Source of the DNA: a virus
IMG/VR virus record: IMGVR_UViG_3300025732_000018
Length of the DNA: 64,000 bases
Reading direction: 5' to 3' (one strand)
The notes under the pieces were generated by a model. It was not told where the DNA came from. It was given only the letters and a program-made list of their open reading frames with translations, and ran no database searches. Positions 46,032 to 55,711 of this stretch are shown here, piece after piece. The position numbers and the translations under genes were made by a program. Within the stretch, counting starts at the first letter, position 1. Every line of letters begins with the position of its first letter.

Positions 46032-47535
46032 ATGATCCCCTTCGAGTTTATAACCACTCAATCTGACCTTTCCCACGACATCATCCCTATCATCGACCAA
46101 TTCGACATCCAATATGACACCTCTAACAAACTCTTCCTTATCTCCAACGACAAGCTCGACTCTTTCAAATCACTTATCGACTCACTGACTGACACCAACT
46201 TCTCCATCAACTTTCTCAACTAAGGGTCTTTGACATGATCTTCAATTCCCACAAAGTCACCCGGATCTATACCGGCCGGGACCGTATCTGCCGCTGCGGC
46301 TGCGCCGGTGAGTACGTGGAGCGCGGTGAGCCTATGTTCGACGTGCGTCTGAAGCGCTTCTGCAAGCTGTTAGAGAATTACCTCCCTAAAGACGGTGACA
46401 TCTTTGACACGTACATCAACATCTCGTACGGCAAGGACCGTGCGATGACCGTCTACTTCGACTGATAGGAGAAAGTCATGAATCGCGTTACAGTCTCACT
46501 CGTCCCCTTCGGTCCGTATGTTCTGGACTTCCGCACCGGCATCGACGACTTCATCGGCATCGTCAACGCCGTACGCGAGCGTCTCGTTCGCATGGGCTAC
46601 GGCCACGACACCAAGATCTACGTCAACGTTCGCTGAGAGGATAACATGACTCACTCTATCACAATCCCGCAAGCTCTTGACTTTATCGCCGAGTGGCCTG
46701 AGTCGCATGGGATCGTCTTCTACGCTCCCGCTCATCTACACGTACCGGGATCTGACATCCCGTGTTCCGCTTCTTGGCTTATCATATTCTAGGAGACTAC
46801 ATCATGTTCGTACTATGTGAGTGCTTCGACTACGAGGGTGAGGCCGTTATCGGTCTCTACGCCTCTCAAGAAGACGCTGTCGCCGCGGCCGAGGTGTATC
46901 AAGCCTCTCGCTTGAACAGCCGCGGTGAGTGCACCATCGACGAGCTGGCTATCTACGAGCTAGAGGTCGGTGCCGCTGCCGTCCTTCGTCCTTCCGCAAT
47001 CATGTATCTGTGAGGAAATAAGATGAAGATCACTCCAATCGACCAACCCGGCCAGAGCCGCACCGGCACCCTCTACGACATCAACGTCGCGACCATCACT
47101 CGGATCCTTGGATTTGGTCCGAACGTTCAGGACGATCCGGACAAGGTGGTCAGCTCCTGGGGGTTCGAGATCGACGGACAGAAGTTCGGAGTCTGGGACT
47201 ACAAGGGCTCTCAAGAGTTCGGTCAGTACTCGACATACGGCGACCCTGCCGTACTCGAGAAACTTTTCGGTGTACATTATTGCTAGACTTTTATATAATA
47301 GCAATATATGGTGAAAAGGAGAAAAGACATGTCTGTCGACAAGTACGGCCACGAGCTTAAGTCAATCGACCTCACGACCTGTGAGCACAGCGCTCCGGAC
47401 CTGTTTGAGGTCTACTGCCTGTTCTGTGACAAGCCGGACATGAACGCCTCGGTCGAGAAAGTCCTGTCTTTCTTCTACATGCTCAGGATCATGATCGACC
47501 ACGATCAGACTACCCGTAAGCTGGAGTCTAACTGA
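46032..47535 (+). other. Early region II: small hypothetical ORFs
   Basis: Promoters at 45979 and 47271; SD-led short ORFs. Confidence 0.65.
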
Positions 47536-48662
47536 TGGCTAAGAGCCTGCTGCAGATGAGATCGAAGAAGAAGCCTCGGGTCACGCGGTCCGAGTCCTAT
47601 CTCGTTAACGAGAAGTACCTCGGCGAGGAGCCGATCAGCAAGTCTGACGCTGAGATCACCGAGGCCGAGTACGCCAAGTGTCTCAGTTGGTACAACTACA
47701 TGGTCGATACCAAGGAGCGTCGCGGCTTCATCAAGGACTACCTCAAGTCGAACCAGCGCGGAGCTGAGGCCAAGAAGTTTGATCGCGTATCAGACACTTG
47801 GGTTCCTACTACTGCTGCGGCCATCGCTCGCATGATCAGTCGCGGCTTCAAGCTTCCTGCTTCATCTAAGCCGTTCCTCGAGAAGAGTCTCGCCGAGTGT
47901 CTGCTCAAGGCACGTGACGAGGAGCCCGAGACCGAGGAGAAGACTAACGTCGTGTCCATCCAGGATCGCATACGCGACAAGGTGCACGACATCATCGGCG
48001 ACGTAGAGGCCATGATCGACTCGGGAGAACCCGTCGAGCTATATGACTGGCTCAAGAAGTCAGAGATCCCAGCGATGCACGCCAACAAGATCGCCGCCTA
48101 CTATCGTCCGATCGTCGCTGAGTTTCAGGAGTTAGTCGACGGCGGCTGCGAGCAGCTCAAGGAAGCTTACTCACACATGAGTAAGAAGCAGCAGCGCGAC
48201 CGTCTCGCCTTCTTTGAGAACTTGGTCGAGCAGGCAGAGCGATACGCCGGCGTCACTAAGAAGATGCGTGCACCTCGCAAGCCTCGAGCCGTGTCTCTCG
48301 AGAAGCAGCTAAAGCACCTGAAGTACATGAAGGAGTCCACCGAGTACAAGCTCGCCTCGATCAACCCTGAGAAGATCCTAGGAGCCCAGGAGCTCTGGTG
48401 CTTCAACACAAAGTACCGCACCGTCACTGTGTTCCGAGCCCTAGACCGCGGTGGCCTCAAGGTGAAGCGCTCGTCCATAGTCAACTACGACGAGAAGACC
48501 AGCATGACACGAGGCACCGGTCGACAGACCGAGAAGGTAGTCGACAAGATCATGCAGGGCGGTAAGATCATCCTTAAGAAGGTGATGGACGAGCTCAAGG
48601 GTAACCAGTCGCTCCAGGAGCGTATCAACGAGAACACAATCCTACTCAAGGTGGTGACGTAA
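47535..48662 (+). CDS. T4-like hypothetical protein
   Basis: 375 aa; LSWYNY, SINPEKILGAQELW.FNTK. Confidence 0.75.
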   Translation: MAKSLLQMRSKKKPRVTRSESYLVNEKYLGEEPISKSDAEITEAEYAKCLSWYNYMVDTKERRGFIKDYLKSNQRGAEAKKFDRVSDTWVPTTAAAIARMISRGFKLPASSKPFLEKSLAECLLKARDEEPETEEKTNVVSIQDRIRDKVHDIIGDVEAMIDSGEPVELYDWLKKSEIPAMHANKIAAYYRPIVAEFQELVDGGCEQLKEAYSHMSKKQQRDRLAFFENLVEQAERYAGVTKKMRAPRKPRAVSLEKQLKHLKYMKESTEYKLASINPEKILGAQELWCFNTKYRTVTVFRALDRGGLKVKRSSIVNYDEKTSMTRGTGRQTEKVVDKIMQGGKIILKKVMDELKGNQSLQERINENTILLKVVT

Positions 48663-48834
48663 TGGACGCACCTTCCCCAACAGATCCTCTAGACATCGTT
48701 AAGCGAGAGTACAAGAAGACCGGTGACGTCGACATGGTGAGAGTCATCGAGGAGATCAAGTACCTTCGCCAATACAACGAACTCTTGATAGAGGAATTAA
48801 AGACGTGCTACCTCAAACTGATGGCAGTCGACAG

Positions 48835-49657
48835 ATGAGACTTGAGCACATGGAGCCGACGCTCATCTATGCAGACACCATCGACGCGATCGAGAAGATG
48901 TACGACGCTAAGTTCGTCTTCGACTCCTGCATACAGAGCAAGAGCGGTCAGTGGTACAACTTTCCTGCGGCCATCTTCTACACCGAGAAAGCTCATCCCA
49001 AGGGCTCTAACTACTTCGCGCTCTTCAAAAACTGCGACGAGTGGACCATTGCCGACGGTATTACTGCCACCGAGCCGTTCAATGGCGTAATAGTCGGCGG
49101 GAGGCTGTACTACTCTCGATACCGTCACGACTTCGTTACAATTCCAGGTGGGTTCGTCGACGGAGGCCGCGACTATATCAGGTGGAGCGGAGACGGCGAG
49201 ATGGTGAGAGTTCAAGTAGTAGAAGATCACCTGGAGTTGGTGGCTACATAAATATGGCATAGCCACCAGAGGGCACTACATGACAGACGTACTAAACTTT
49301 CCAGGACGCAACGCACGACTCGACGTTTCAGATCTTCCACTCAACGCCGAGGACATGGCTGAGAAGATCAAGCTGATTAGGACGGCGTACTACTCCGAGA
49401 TAGCCGACGAGCTTCTCGAGATGATAGTCACCAAGATCGCTCTCCTCAAGTTGAACAAGAACAACGAGGACGAGATCTCCGAGCACTTTCCGAAGGACAT
49501 CATGCTCCTTCGCGAGGTTCTCATCGGTCTCATGTGTAGGTTCTCGGGAATGGACCATCCGACCCACGAGGTGTTCGAGCTTCTCTATGAGATGACCGAG
49601 GACTACGACGAGGAGTCGGGCGAGCTTCTCTACAACTACAAGCAGAGAAACAGTTGA
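48835..49657 (+). other. Two hypothetical proteins (48835-49251, 49280-49657)
   Basis: YSRYRHDF..DGGRDY in the first; late box CATAAATA before the second. Confidence 0.65.
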
Positions 49658-49706
49658 CATTATTATAGAGCTGTCTTATTATAATAAGACAGGAGATGTT
49701 TACAAC

Positions 49707-50555
49707 ATGATGATCTTAGACCTCAATCAAGTCATGATCTCGACGCTGATGGTTCAGCTCAACGGCCACCACAACGTCGATCTAGAGGAGGGCCTGCTTC
49801 GGCACATGGTCCTCAACACCATTCGGTCCCTGAACAGCAAGTTCAAGGGCGAGTACGGTGAGCTAGTCATCGCCAGCGACGGACGTAACTCGTGGCGCAA
49901 GCAGGTGTTCCCTTACTACAAGGCTCACCGTCGCAAGGCTCGCGAGGAGAGCGAGCTGAACTGGAACTTGATCTTTGAGGTCTTTGACCGGATCAAGGAC
50001 GAGCTCAGCACCTTCTTCCCGTACCGTGTGGTTCGTGTCGACGGGGCAGAGGCCGACGACATCATAGCCACTCTCATCCAGGATGAGCGTCACCTTGGTG
50101 AGAAGACCCTCATCATCTCAGGTGACAAGGACTTCATCCAGCTGCACAGCCACATCGGCGTCAAGCAGTTCGACCCGGTCAAGAAGAAGTTCGTCCGCCA
50201 CGACGACCCAGAGACCTTCCTTAAGGAACACATCATCCGCGGCGACCGCGGCGACGGGGTACCCAACATCCTGTCGGCCGACGGCGTCTTCGTGGAGGGT
50301 GGTCGCCAGACGCCAATCTCATCCAAGAAGGTCGAGCAGTGGATAAGCTCCGACGTCAGCGGTCTGGATGAGAAGACTCTCCGTGGCTGGAAGCGTAACC
50401 AGACCCTCATCGACCTGAAGTGCATCCCGGCCGACATCAGAGAGACGATCGTTAATAAATATAGGGAGCAGGCTGGTAAGGACCGGTCAAAGATGTTTAA
50501 CTACTTCGTAACTCACAAGTTGAAGAACTTGATGGAAAACATTAGTGAGTTCTAA
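49707..50555 (+). CDS. rnh: T4-type RNase H / 5'-3' exonuclease
   Basis: WRK..FPYYK..R, EADD, SGDKDF.QL, GDRGDGVPN. Confidence 0.93.
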   Translation: MMILDLNQVMISTLMVQLNGHHNVDLEEGLLRHMVLNTIRSLNSKFKGEYGELVIASDGRNSWRKQVFPYYKAHRRKAREESELNWNLIFEVFDRIKDELSTFFPYRVVRVDGAEADDIIATLIQDERHLGEKTLIISGDKDFIQLHSHIGVKQFDPVKKKFVRHDDPETFLKEHIIRGDRGDGVPNILSADGVFVEGGRQTPISSKKVEQWISSDVSGLDEKTLRGWKRNQTLIDLKCIPADIRETIVNKYREQAGKDRSKMFNYFVTHKLKNLMENISEF

Positions 50556-50558
50556 ATA

Positions 50559-51531
50559 ATGCAGAAAAGAACCATAGCCTCCATCCTTAAGGAGGCGTCA
50601 CAGCAGCCGACGCCAGACGCTCGTATAGAGTTCCTGCGTCGACACGACAACCCAACCCTAAGGACTATCCTGGTCCATATGTTTCATCCCGACATCGAGT
50701 TTCTTCTCCCACCTGGTGCGCCTCCGTACAAGCCGTCTGAGTTCGACGAGTACGGTAACCTCTACCAGGAGGCGAGGAGACTGTACCTTTTCGTCAAGGG
50801 TGGCAATCAGAACTTGACGAAGGTGAAGCGTGAGAGTCTGTTCATAGACGTTCTACAGTATGTTCATAAGGAAGACGCCGAGCTCCTTATCGCCATGAAG
50901 GACAAGAAGTCTCCCTATAAGACCATCAACTTGAAGCTTATCCAAAAAGCTTTTCCAGGACTAGTCCCTACATGAAGAGAAAAGGCTACCGCGCGAACTA
51001 TCGCGGCGATTACGACGACTTTGACGAGTTTAATGTCTCGCTTAAGGACGTTAAGAAGCAGAAGCAAAAGAACCTCAACAAGAAGATAAACTCCGCGATC
51101 AAGTCCAAGAACATCGCGGCTCTCATGGAGATTGAAGATAGCTATGGCCGCTGATTTTGAGATCAAGGAATACGAGCGCGACGACCTGACTGAGCTCGAG
51201 CGCATCGTCATCCGAGAGATGTATGAGAAGGGATACGACTACCTCGACCCCGAGCAGATCAAGCTGTTCTGGGAGAGGGAACACGGTATAGCTCTTAATG
51301 GCTAACTACACGTTCTACGACACAGAGGCCGACAGGGAGTTCGACGTTACGATGCCCATGTCCGAGCTTGATGAGTACAAGGCGAGACACCCTCACCTTC
51401 AGCAGGTCATCAAGACGGTCAACATCGCCGACCCCACGCGCCTAGGGCTGAAGAAGCCCGACTCCGGCTTTAGAGATGTTCTTAACAAGGTGAAGAAGGC
51501 TCATCCAAAAGGAAACGTCAATACCTGGTAA
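50559..51531 (+). other. Small ORFs between rnh and phoH (50559-50975, 50972-51154, 51144-51298, 51298-51531 FmdB-like)
   Basis: LPPGAPPY..RESLFI; order seen in T4-like phages. Confidence 0.7.
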
Positions 51532-51540
51532 GGAGATTCG

Positions 51541-52293
51541 ATGAAGTCACTTTCTCGATCTAAGATAAGAAAACTAAAGAGACAGGGCATCATAAGCGAC
51601 GAGGAAATAGCTCAGCAGCTGCTAAAGAGAGAAAAGTCTGGCCTGAACCTAAGACACATCAGGCCTTCCACCGACAGCCAGTATAAGGCGTTCAACACTT
51701 ACAAGGAGGGGCAAAACCTTCTTCTTCACGGACTACCTGGAACTGGAAAGACCTTCATATCTCTCTACCTCGCTCTTGACTCAGTGTTGAATGATCGAGA
51801 ATATGAGAAAGTCATCGTCATCAGGTCGGTCGTTCCGACTAGAGACATGGGCTTCCTTCCTGGAAACCAGAAAGAGAAGTCCAAGGTATACGAGCTACCT
51901 TACTACAGCATCTGCAATGAGCTCTTCGGCAGAGGCGACTCGTACGACATCCTAAAGAACAAGGGTGCCGTAGAGTTCATGACCACTTCGTTCGTCAGAG
52001 GCATAACCCTCAACGACTGCGTGGTGGTGATCGACGAGGTCAACAACATGACCTTTCACGAGCTTGACTCCCTCATCACTAGGATGGGTAACAACTCAAG
52101 GCTTATCATGTGCGGCGACTTCAGGCAGAGCGACCTGAAGTACAAGGATGAGAAGCAGGGTCTAATGGACTTTATGTCAATATTGAAGAGGCTGGATAGC
52201 TTTGAGCACGTCGAATTTCATGAAGAGGACATCGTTCGGTCCGGCCTCGTTCGCGACTACATCATCAACAAGTCAAGGATGGGCTTCGTCTAA
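51541..52293 (+). CDS. phoH: PhoH-like ATPase
   Basis: GLPGTGKT, GFLPG, RGITL, IDE, GDFRQSD, DIVRS. Confidence 0.93.
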   Translation: MKSLSRSKIRKLKRQGIISDEEIAQQLLKREKSGLNLRHIRPSTDSQYKAFNTYKEGQNLLLHGLPGTGKTFISLYLALDSVLNDREYEKVIVIRSVVPTRDMGFLPGNQKEKSKVYELPYYSICNELFGRGDSYDILKNKGAVEFMTTSFVRGITLNDCVVVIDEVNNMTFHELDSLITRMGNNSRLIMCGDFRQSDLKYKDEKQGLMDFMSILKRLDSFEHVEFHEEDIVRSGLVRDYIINKSRMGFV

Positions 52294-52312
52294 GAAGTTC
52301 AACCACGTACCG

Positions 52313-52957
52313 TTGAGCTCCTCTCTCGAGGAGATGGACACCATACAGGAGGAGGCCGGCCGGTTCTACAAGACGCCGGAGGGTCTCCTCTATCCGTCTG
52401 TGACCACCGTCCTAGGACACCTAGGCAAGGAGTCGCTGATGGAGTGGAGGAAGCGAGTCGGTGAGGAGGAGGCCAACAGGATCTCTCGTCGAGCGGCCGA
52501 TCGCGGTACTAAGATGCACAAGCTGTGCGAGGACTACATCAACAACCTGCCGGTGCAGCAGGAGGACATGCTGTCGTGGGACATGTTCATGTCACTCAAG
52601 CCCGAGCTAGACGCCCACCTAGACAACGTTCGAATGCAGGAGGTGCCCCTTTACTCCAACTACCTGCAGGTTGCCGGTCGAGTCGACTGCGTGGCCGAGT
52701 GGGACGGGAAGCTCTCGATCGTCGACTTCAAGACCTCGTCTAAACCAAAGCGTCGAGAGTGGATCCAGAACTACTTCATGCAGGCCTCGGCCTACGCCGT
52801 GATGTACGAGGAGCTCACCATGAAGCCAGTAACCAGACTGGTTATCGCAATCGCGGTCGAGCACGACGATCCACAGATCTTCATGGAGAAGAGAGATGAC
52901 CACATCCACGGATTCATCAGACTCAGAGAGAGCTACCGAGAAGCGATCGGCCGCTGA
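52313..52957 (+). CDS. PD-(D/E)XK (Cas4-like) exonuclease; start uncertain
   Basis: YPSVTTVL, RGT.MH, AGRVD, VDFKT, Q..AY. Confidence 0.85.
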   Translation: MSSSLEEMDTIQEEAGRFYKTPEGLLYPSVTTVLGHLGKESLMEWRKRVGEEEANRISRRAADRGTKMHKLCEDYINNLPVQQEDMLSWDMFMSLKPELDAHLDNVRMQEVPLYSNYLQVAGRVDCVAEWDGKLSIVDFKTSSKPKRREWIQNYFMQASAYAVMYEELTMKPVTRLVIAIAVEHDDPQIFMEKRDDHIHGFIRLRESYREAIGR

Positions 52958-53126
52958 GCCTATCATCAGGGTCGTAAAGAATGGAAAGAAGTACTCAGTC
53001 TATATCGGAAACAAGCTAATAGTGCTGACCGAGCAGCACACGATCGTAAAGAAGTATCTCGAGATAGAGGCCATGCTTCAAAAGAACGGTTGACATATTA
53101 AGCTAAGTGTTTTATAAATAAGGTAT

Positions 53127-53426
53127 GGTCAAGGTCGTTGAGACGTAAAGAATAGACGTTTCGGACGCGGGGGCAGTACCCGCCGCCTCCACCATGGATA
53201 CATCGAATAAGACCGCTGAGTCGTTCTGAACTGCTGGAGCCACATTTTGTGGGGCGTCGTAAGAGCGGTGTATCTTTGCTGGGGGCGAAACAGGATCGAC
53301 GTGCGTAGTAAAGGTGCGTGGAGACCGAAGACCGCTCTTAGGTGCAAACGATAACTTTGCCCCATCTTACGCTCTAGCAGCGTAAATGAGCTCGGGGGGA
53401 GCTTGGAAACAGAATCCCCCCACCCT
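53127..53426 (+). ncRNA. ssrA: Circularly permuted two-piece tmRNA, tag (A)NDNFAPSYALAA
   Basis: Acceptor piece ends CGCCTCCACCA (53194); coding piece starts GGGGGCGAAACAGGATCGAC (53281); tag 53344-53385. Confidence 0.93.
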
Positions 53427-53526
53427 TTCGACTTGAAATACACAGGCATGTAGTTTACTGTCCTACATTATCATCTAAAAGCTACCTATAAATTAAAACA
53501 AAAGCAGTAGCATCTAGGGATTATTA

Positions 53527-53844
53527 ATGTACGACCACGACTCGGCTTGGACAGTAATGAAGGTATATCTTCTCAGCGGCTTCATGGCCATGTTCGGCGC
53601 TCTCGCCCACGTGATATACGCAGTCAGGAACGGTAGAAAGTTCTCGTATACTTTCCTGTTCATAACACTCTTCTTTGGCTTCTTCGTGGGTAACCTCATA
53701 GGAAGCTTCCTTCCGAAGGACTTCGCCTATAGGGACGGGGTCCTCATGATAGCTGGGTTCGGGTGCTACCCGGTCCTAGAGTTCCTCGAGAAGAACATCC
53801 CAGAGATCTCGTCAAAGATAGTTGACAAGTTTATAGGAAAGTGA
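53527..53844 (+). CDS. Holin-like 3-TM protein
   Basis: Hydrophobic segments, charged C-terminus. Confidence 0.6.
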   Translation: MYDHDSAWTVMKVYLLSGFMAMFGALAHVIYAVRNGRKFSYTFLFITLFFGFFVGNLIGSFLPKDFAYRDGVLMIAGFGCYPVLEFLEKNIPEISSKIVDKFIGK

Positions 53845-53856
53845 TAGAGTTACAAT

Positions 53857-54090
53857 ATGAAGATAAACTCTGTACGTCAGCCGACCGACTTCTTCATGGA
53901 GATCGAGACGCTGGTTAGTGAATATAACGTTAACTACCTCGACGCCATCCTCCTCTACGTCGAGAAGAATAACCTTGAGGTCGAGTCAGTCGCGACCCTA
54001 GTCAAGAAACATCCTGCCATAAAGTCAAAGCTACAGAAAGACTGCGAGGGACTTCGCCTCGTGGAGAAGACAGCCCGCCTTCCTATCTGA
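53857..54090 (+). CDS. 33: Late transcription coactivator gp33
   Basis: F..EIE.LV.....YLDAI..Y......E..V; upstream of 59 and 32. Confidence 0.85.
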   Translation: MKINSVRQPTDFFMEIETLVSEYNVNYLDAILLYVEKNNLEVESVATLVKKHPAIKSKLQKDCEGLRLVEKTARLPI

Positions 54091-54098
54091 GGAAACAG

Positions 54099-54686
54099 AT
54101 GACGCCGTTCGAAGCGTATTCTACGTACGTGGCCCTGAAGCAACACTTCACGAGGCCGGACTACAACTTTAAGAAGTACAACGGTAAGGTAAGACTGACC
54201 GTCGAGGCTTTCGAGAAGCGACCTGACAAGTTCTTCTTTCACAAGCTGGCCAAGCGAAACGACGTCGTCGACTACCTAGTGGCCAACCTCACTCACAAGG
54301 ATCGAGTCAACACCTGGATCGGTGAGATCGTCAACGACTCTCAGAGCGAGGACATCTACCGCGACTGGCTCAAGCGAAAGCAGTCGCTCACCTACTCCTT
54401 CCGCAAGGACCTCGAGAAAGTAGAGGACCTGCAGTCCGCGTGCACCGTTCCAGAAGGCGGTCAGCCGCCTCTGTTCAAGATGTACCTGCGCGGTGAGATC
54501 TCGATGGAGACTCTCATCATCGTTCTGTCGGTTACCAGGTGCTTCAAGTACTGGAGCAAGAACATGGTCGATGACGTGATCTGGTCCCACCACTCCCTTC
54601 TCATTCAGAAGTATGAGTCTTTCCTCGAGTACGACCACGAGAAGTGTGAGAAAATAATTAAAGAAAAGTGTTTACAAAATATGTGA
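54099..54686 (+). CDS. 59: Helicase loader gp59
   Basis: Y.ALKQHF...YNF.KYNGK, F.KR.D..FF, IS.ET. Confidence 0.9.
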   Translation: MTPFEAYSTYVALKQHFTRPDYNFKKYNGKVRLTVEAFEKRPDKFFFHKLAKRNDVVDYLVANLTHKDRVNTWIGEIVNDSQSEDIYRDWLKRKQSLTYSFRKDLEKVEDLQSACTVPEGGQPPLFKMYLRGEISMETLIIVLSVTRCFKYWSKNMVDDVIWSHHSLLIQKYESFLEYDHEKCEKIIKEKCLQNM

Positions 54687-54766
54687 AGTGGTATATATAT
54701 TAATGGTGGGCATCCACCACACACATAGCAAAACCTACATACGAACCAAACATACGGAGCAATACA

Positions 54767-55684
54767 ATGGCTACTGACTTTTCCTCACTCAAGCGCTCGC
54801 GCGACTCCTTCATGAACACCATCACAACAGAGATGGGCAAGCTCAACAAGACCGTCGTGGGCGAGTCTGACGACAACCGCTTCTGGGTTCCAGACGTCGA
54901 CAAGGCCGGCAACGGCTACGCCGTCATCCGCTTCCTTCCTGCCCCTCCTAACGAGGACGTTCCGTTCGTCCGACTGTGGGACCACGGCTTCCAGGGTCCG
55001 GGCGGCTGGTACATCGAGAAGTCGCTGACTACTCTCGGCAAGAACGACCCGGTGTCTGAGTACAACACTCAGCTCTGGAACTCCGGCATCGAGGCAAACA
55101 AGGAGATCGTTCGCAAGCAGAAGCGTCGCCTCTACTTCGTCTCTAACATCTACGTGGTCAACGACCCGGCTCATCCCGAGAACAACGGCAAGGTGTTCCT
55201 CTACCGCTACGGTAAGAAGATCTTTGACAAGATCAACGACATCATGAACCCTGGGTTCCAGGACGAGAAGCCTATCAACCCGTTCGACATCTGGGACGGC
55301 GCCAACTTCAAGCTGAAGATCCGCAACGTAGAGGGCTACCGCAACTACGACAAGTCTGAGTTCGACCGAGTCGCCCCTCTGCTGGACGACGACGAGAAGC
55401 TCGAGAAGATCTGGAAGTCTGAGCACTCCCTGCAGGAGTTCCTCGACCCGAAGAACTTCAAGTCGTACGAGGAGCTCAAGGCTAAGCTGGTGCGAGTGCT
55501 GGCTCTCGAGGGTGGGATTCCGACCTCCGGCGGTCAGTCGCGCGCCAGCGCGGTAGATGAGATGCTAGCTAGCAAGGAGCCAAAGTCTGCTCCCGCGCCT
55601 CAGCTCGCTAAGGCGTCCAGTCCTGTTGATGATGATGACGATGATGACGCCATGTCGTTCTTTAAGAACCTGGCTAAGGACTGA
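54767..55684 (+). CDS. 32: Single-stranded DNA-binding protein gp32
   Basis: DKAGNGYAVIRFLP, HGFQG..GWYIE, NYDKSEF, acidic tail. Confidence 0.96.
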   Translation: MATDFSSLKRSRDSFMNTITTEMGKLNKTVVGESDDNRFWVPDVDKAGNGYAVIRFLPAPPNEDVPFVRLWDHGFQGPGGWYIEKSLTTLGKNDPVSEYNTQLWNSGIEANKEIVRKQKRRLYFVSNIYVVNDPAHPENNGKVFLYRYGKKIFDKINDIMNPGFQDEKPINPFDIWDGANFKLKIRNVEGYRNYDKSEFDRVAPLLDDDEKLEKIWKSEHSLQEFLDPKNFKSYEELKAKLVRVLALEGGIPTSGGQSRASAVDEMLASKEPKSAPAPQLAKASSPVDDDDDDDAMSFFKNLAKD

Positions 55685-55685
55685 G

Positions 55686-55711
55686 ACTGAGGGGGCTTCG
55701 GCCCCCTTAGT
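55686..55711. terminator. Hairpin between convergent genes (UUCG tetraloop)
   Basis: ACTGAGGGGGC-TTCG-GCCCCCTTAGT. Confidence 0.85.

Noticed and set aside
52202-52340. Frameshift fusion of phoH to the exonuclease
   Set aside because: No slippery site seen; TTG 52313 or ATG 52334 are adequate alternative starts.
53129-53449. 106-aa minus-strand ORF
   Set aside because: Antisense to the tmRNA.
4241-55426. Long minus-strand ORFs opposite real genes (4241-4786, 10149-10928, 54785-55426)
   Set aside because: Shadow frames caused by strong codon bias.
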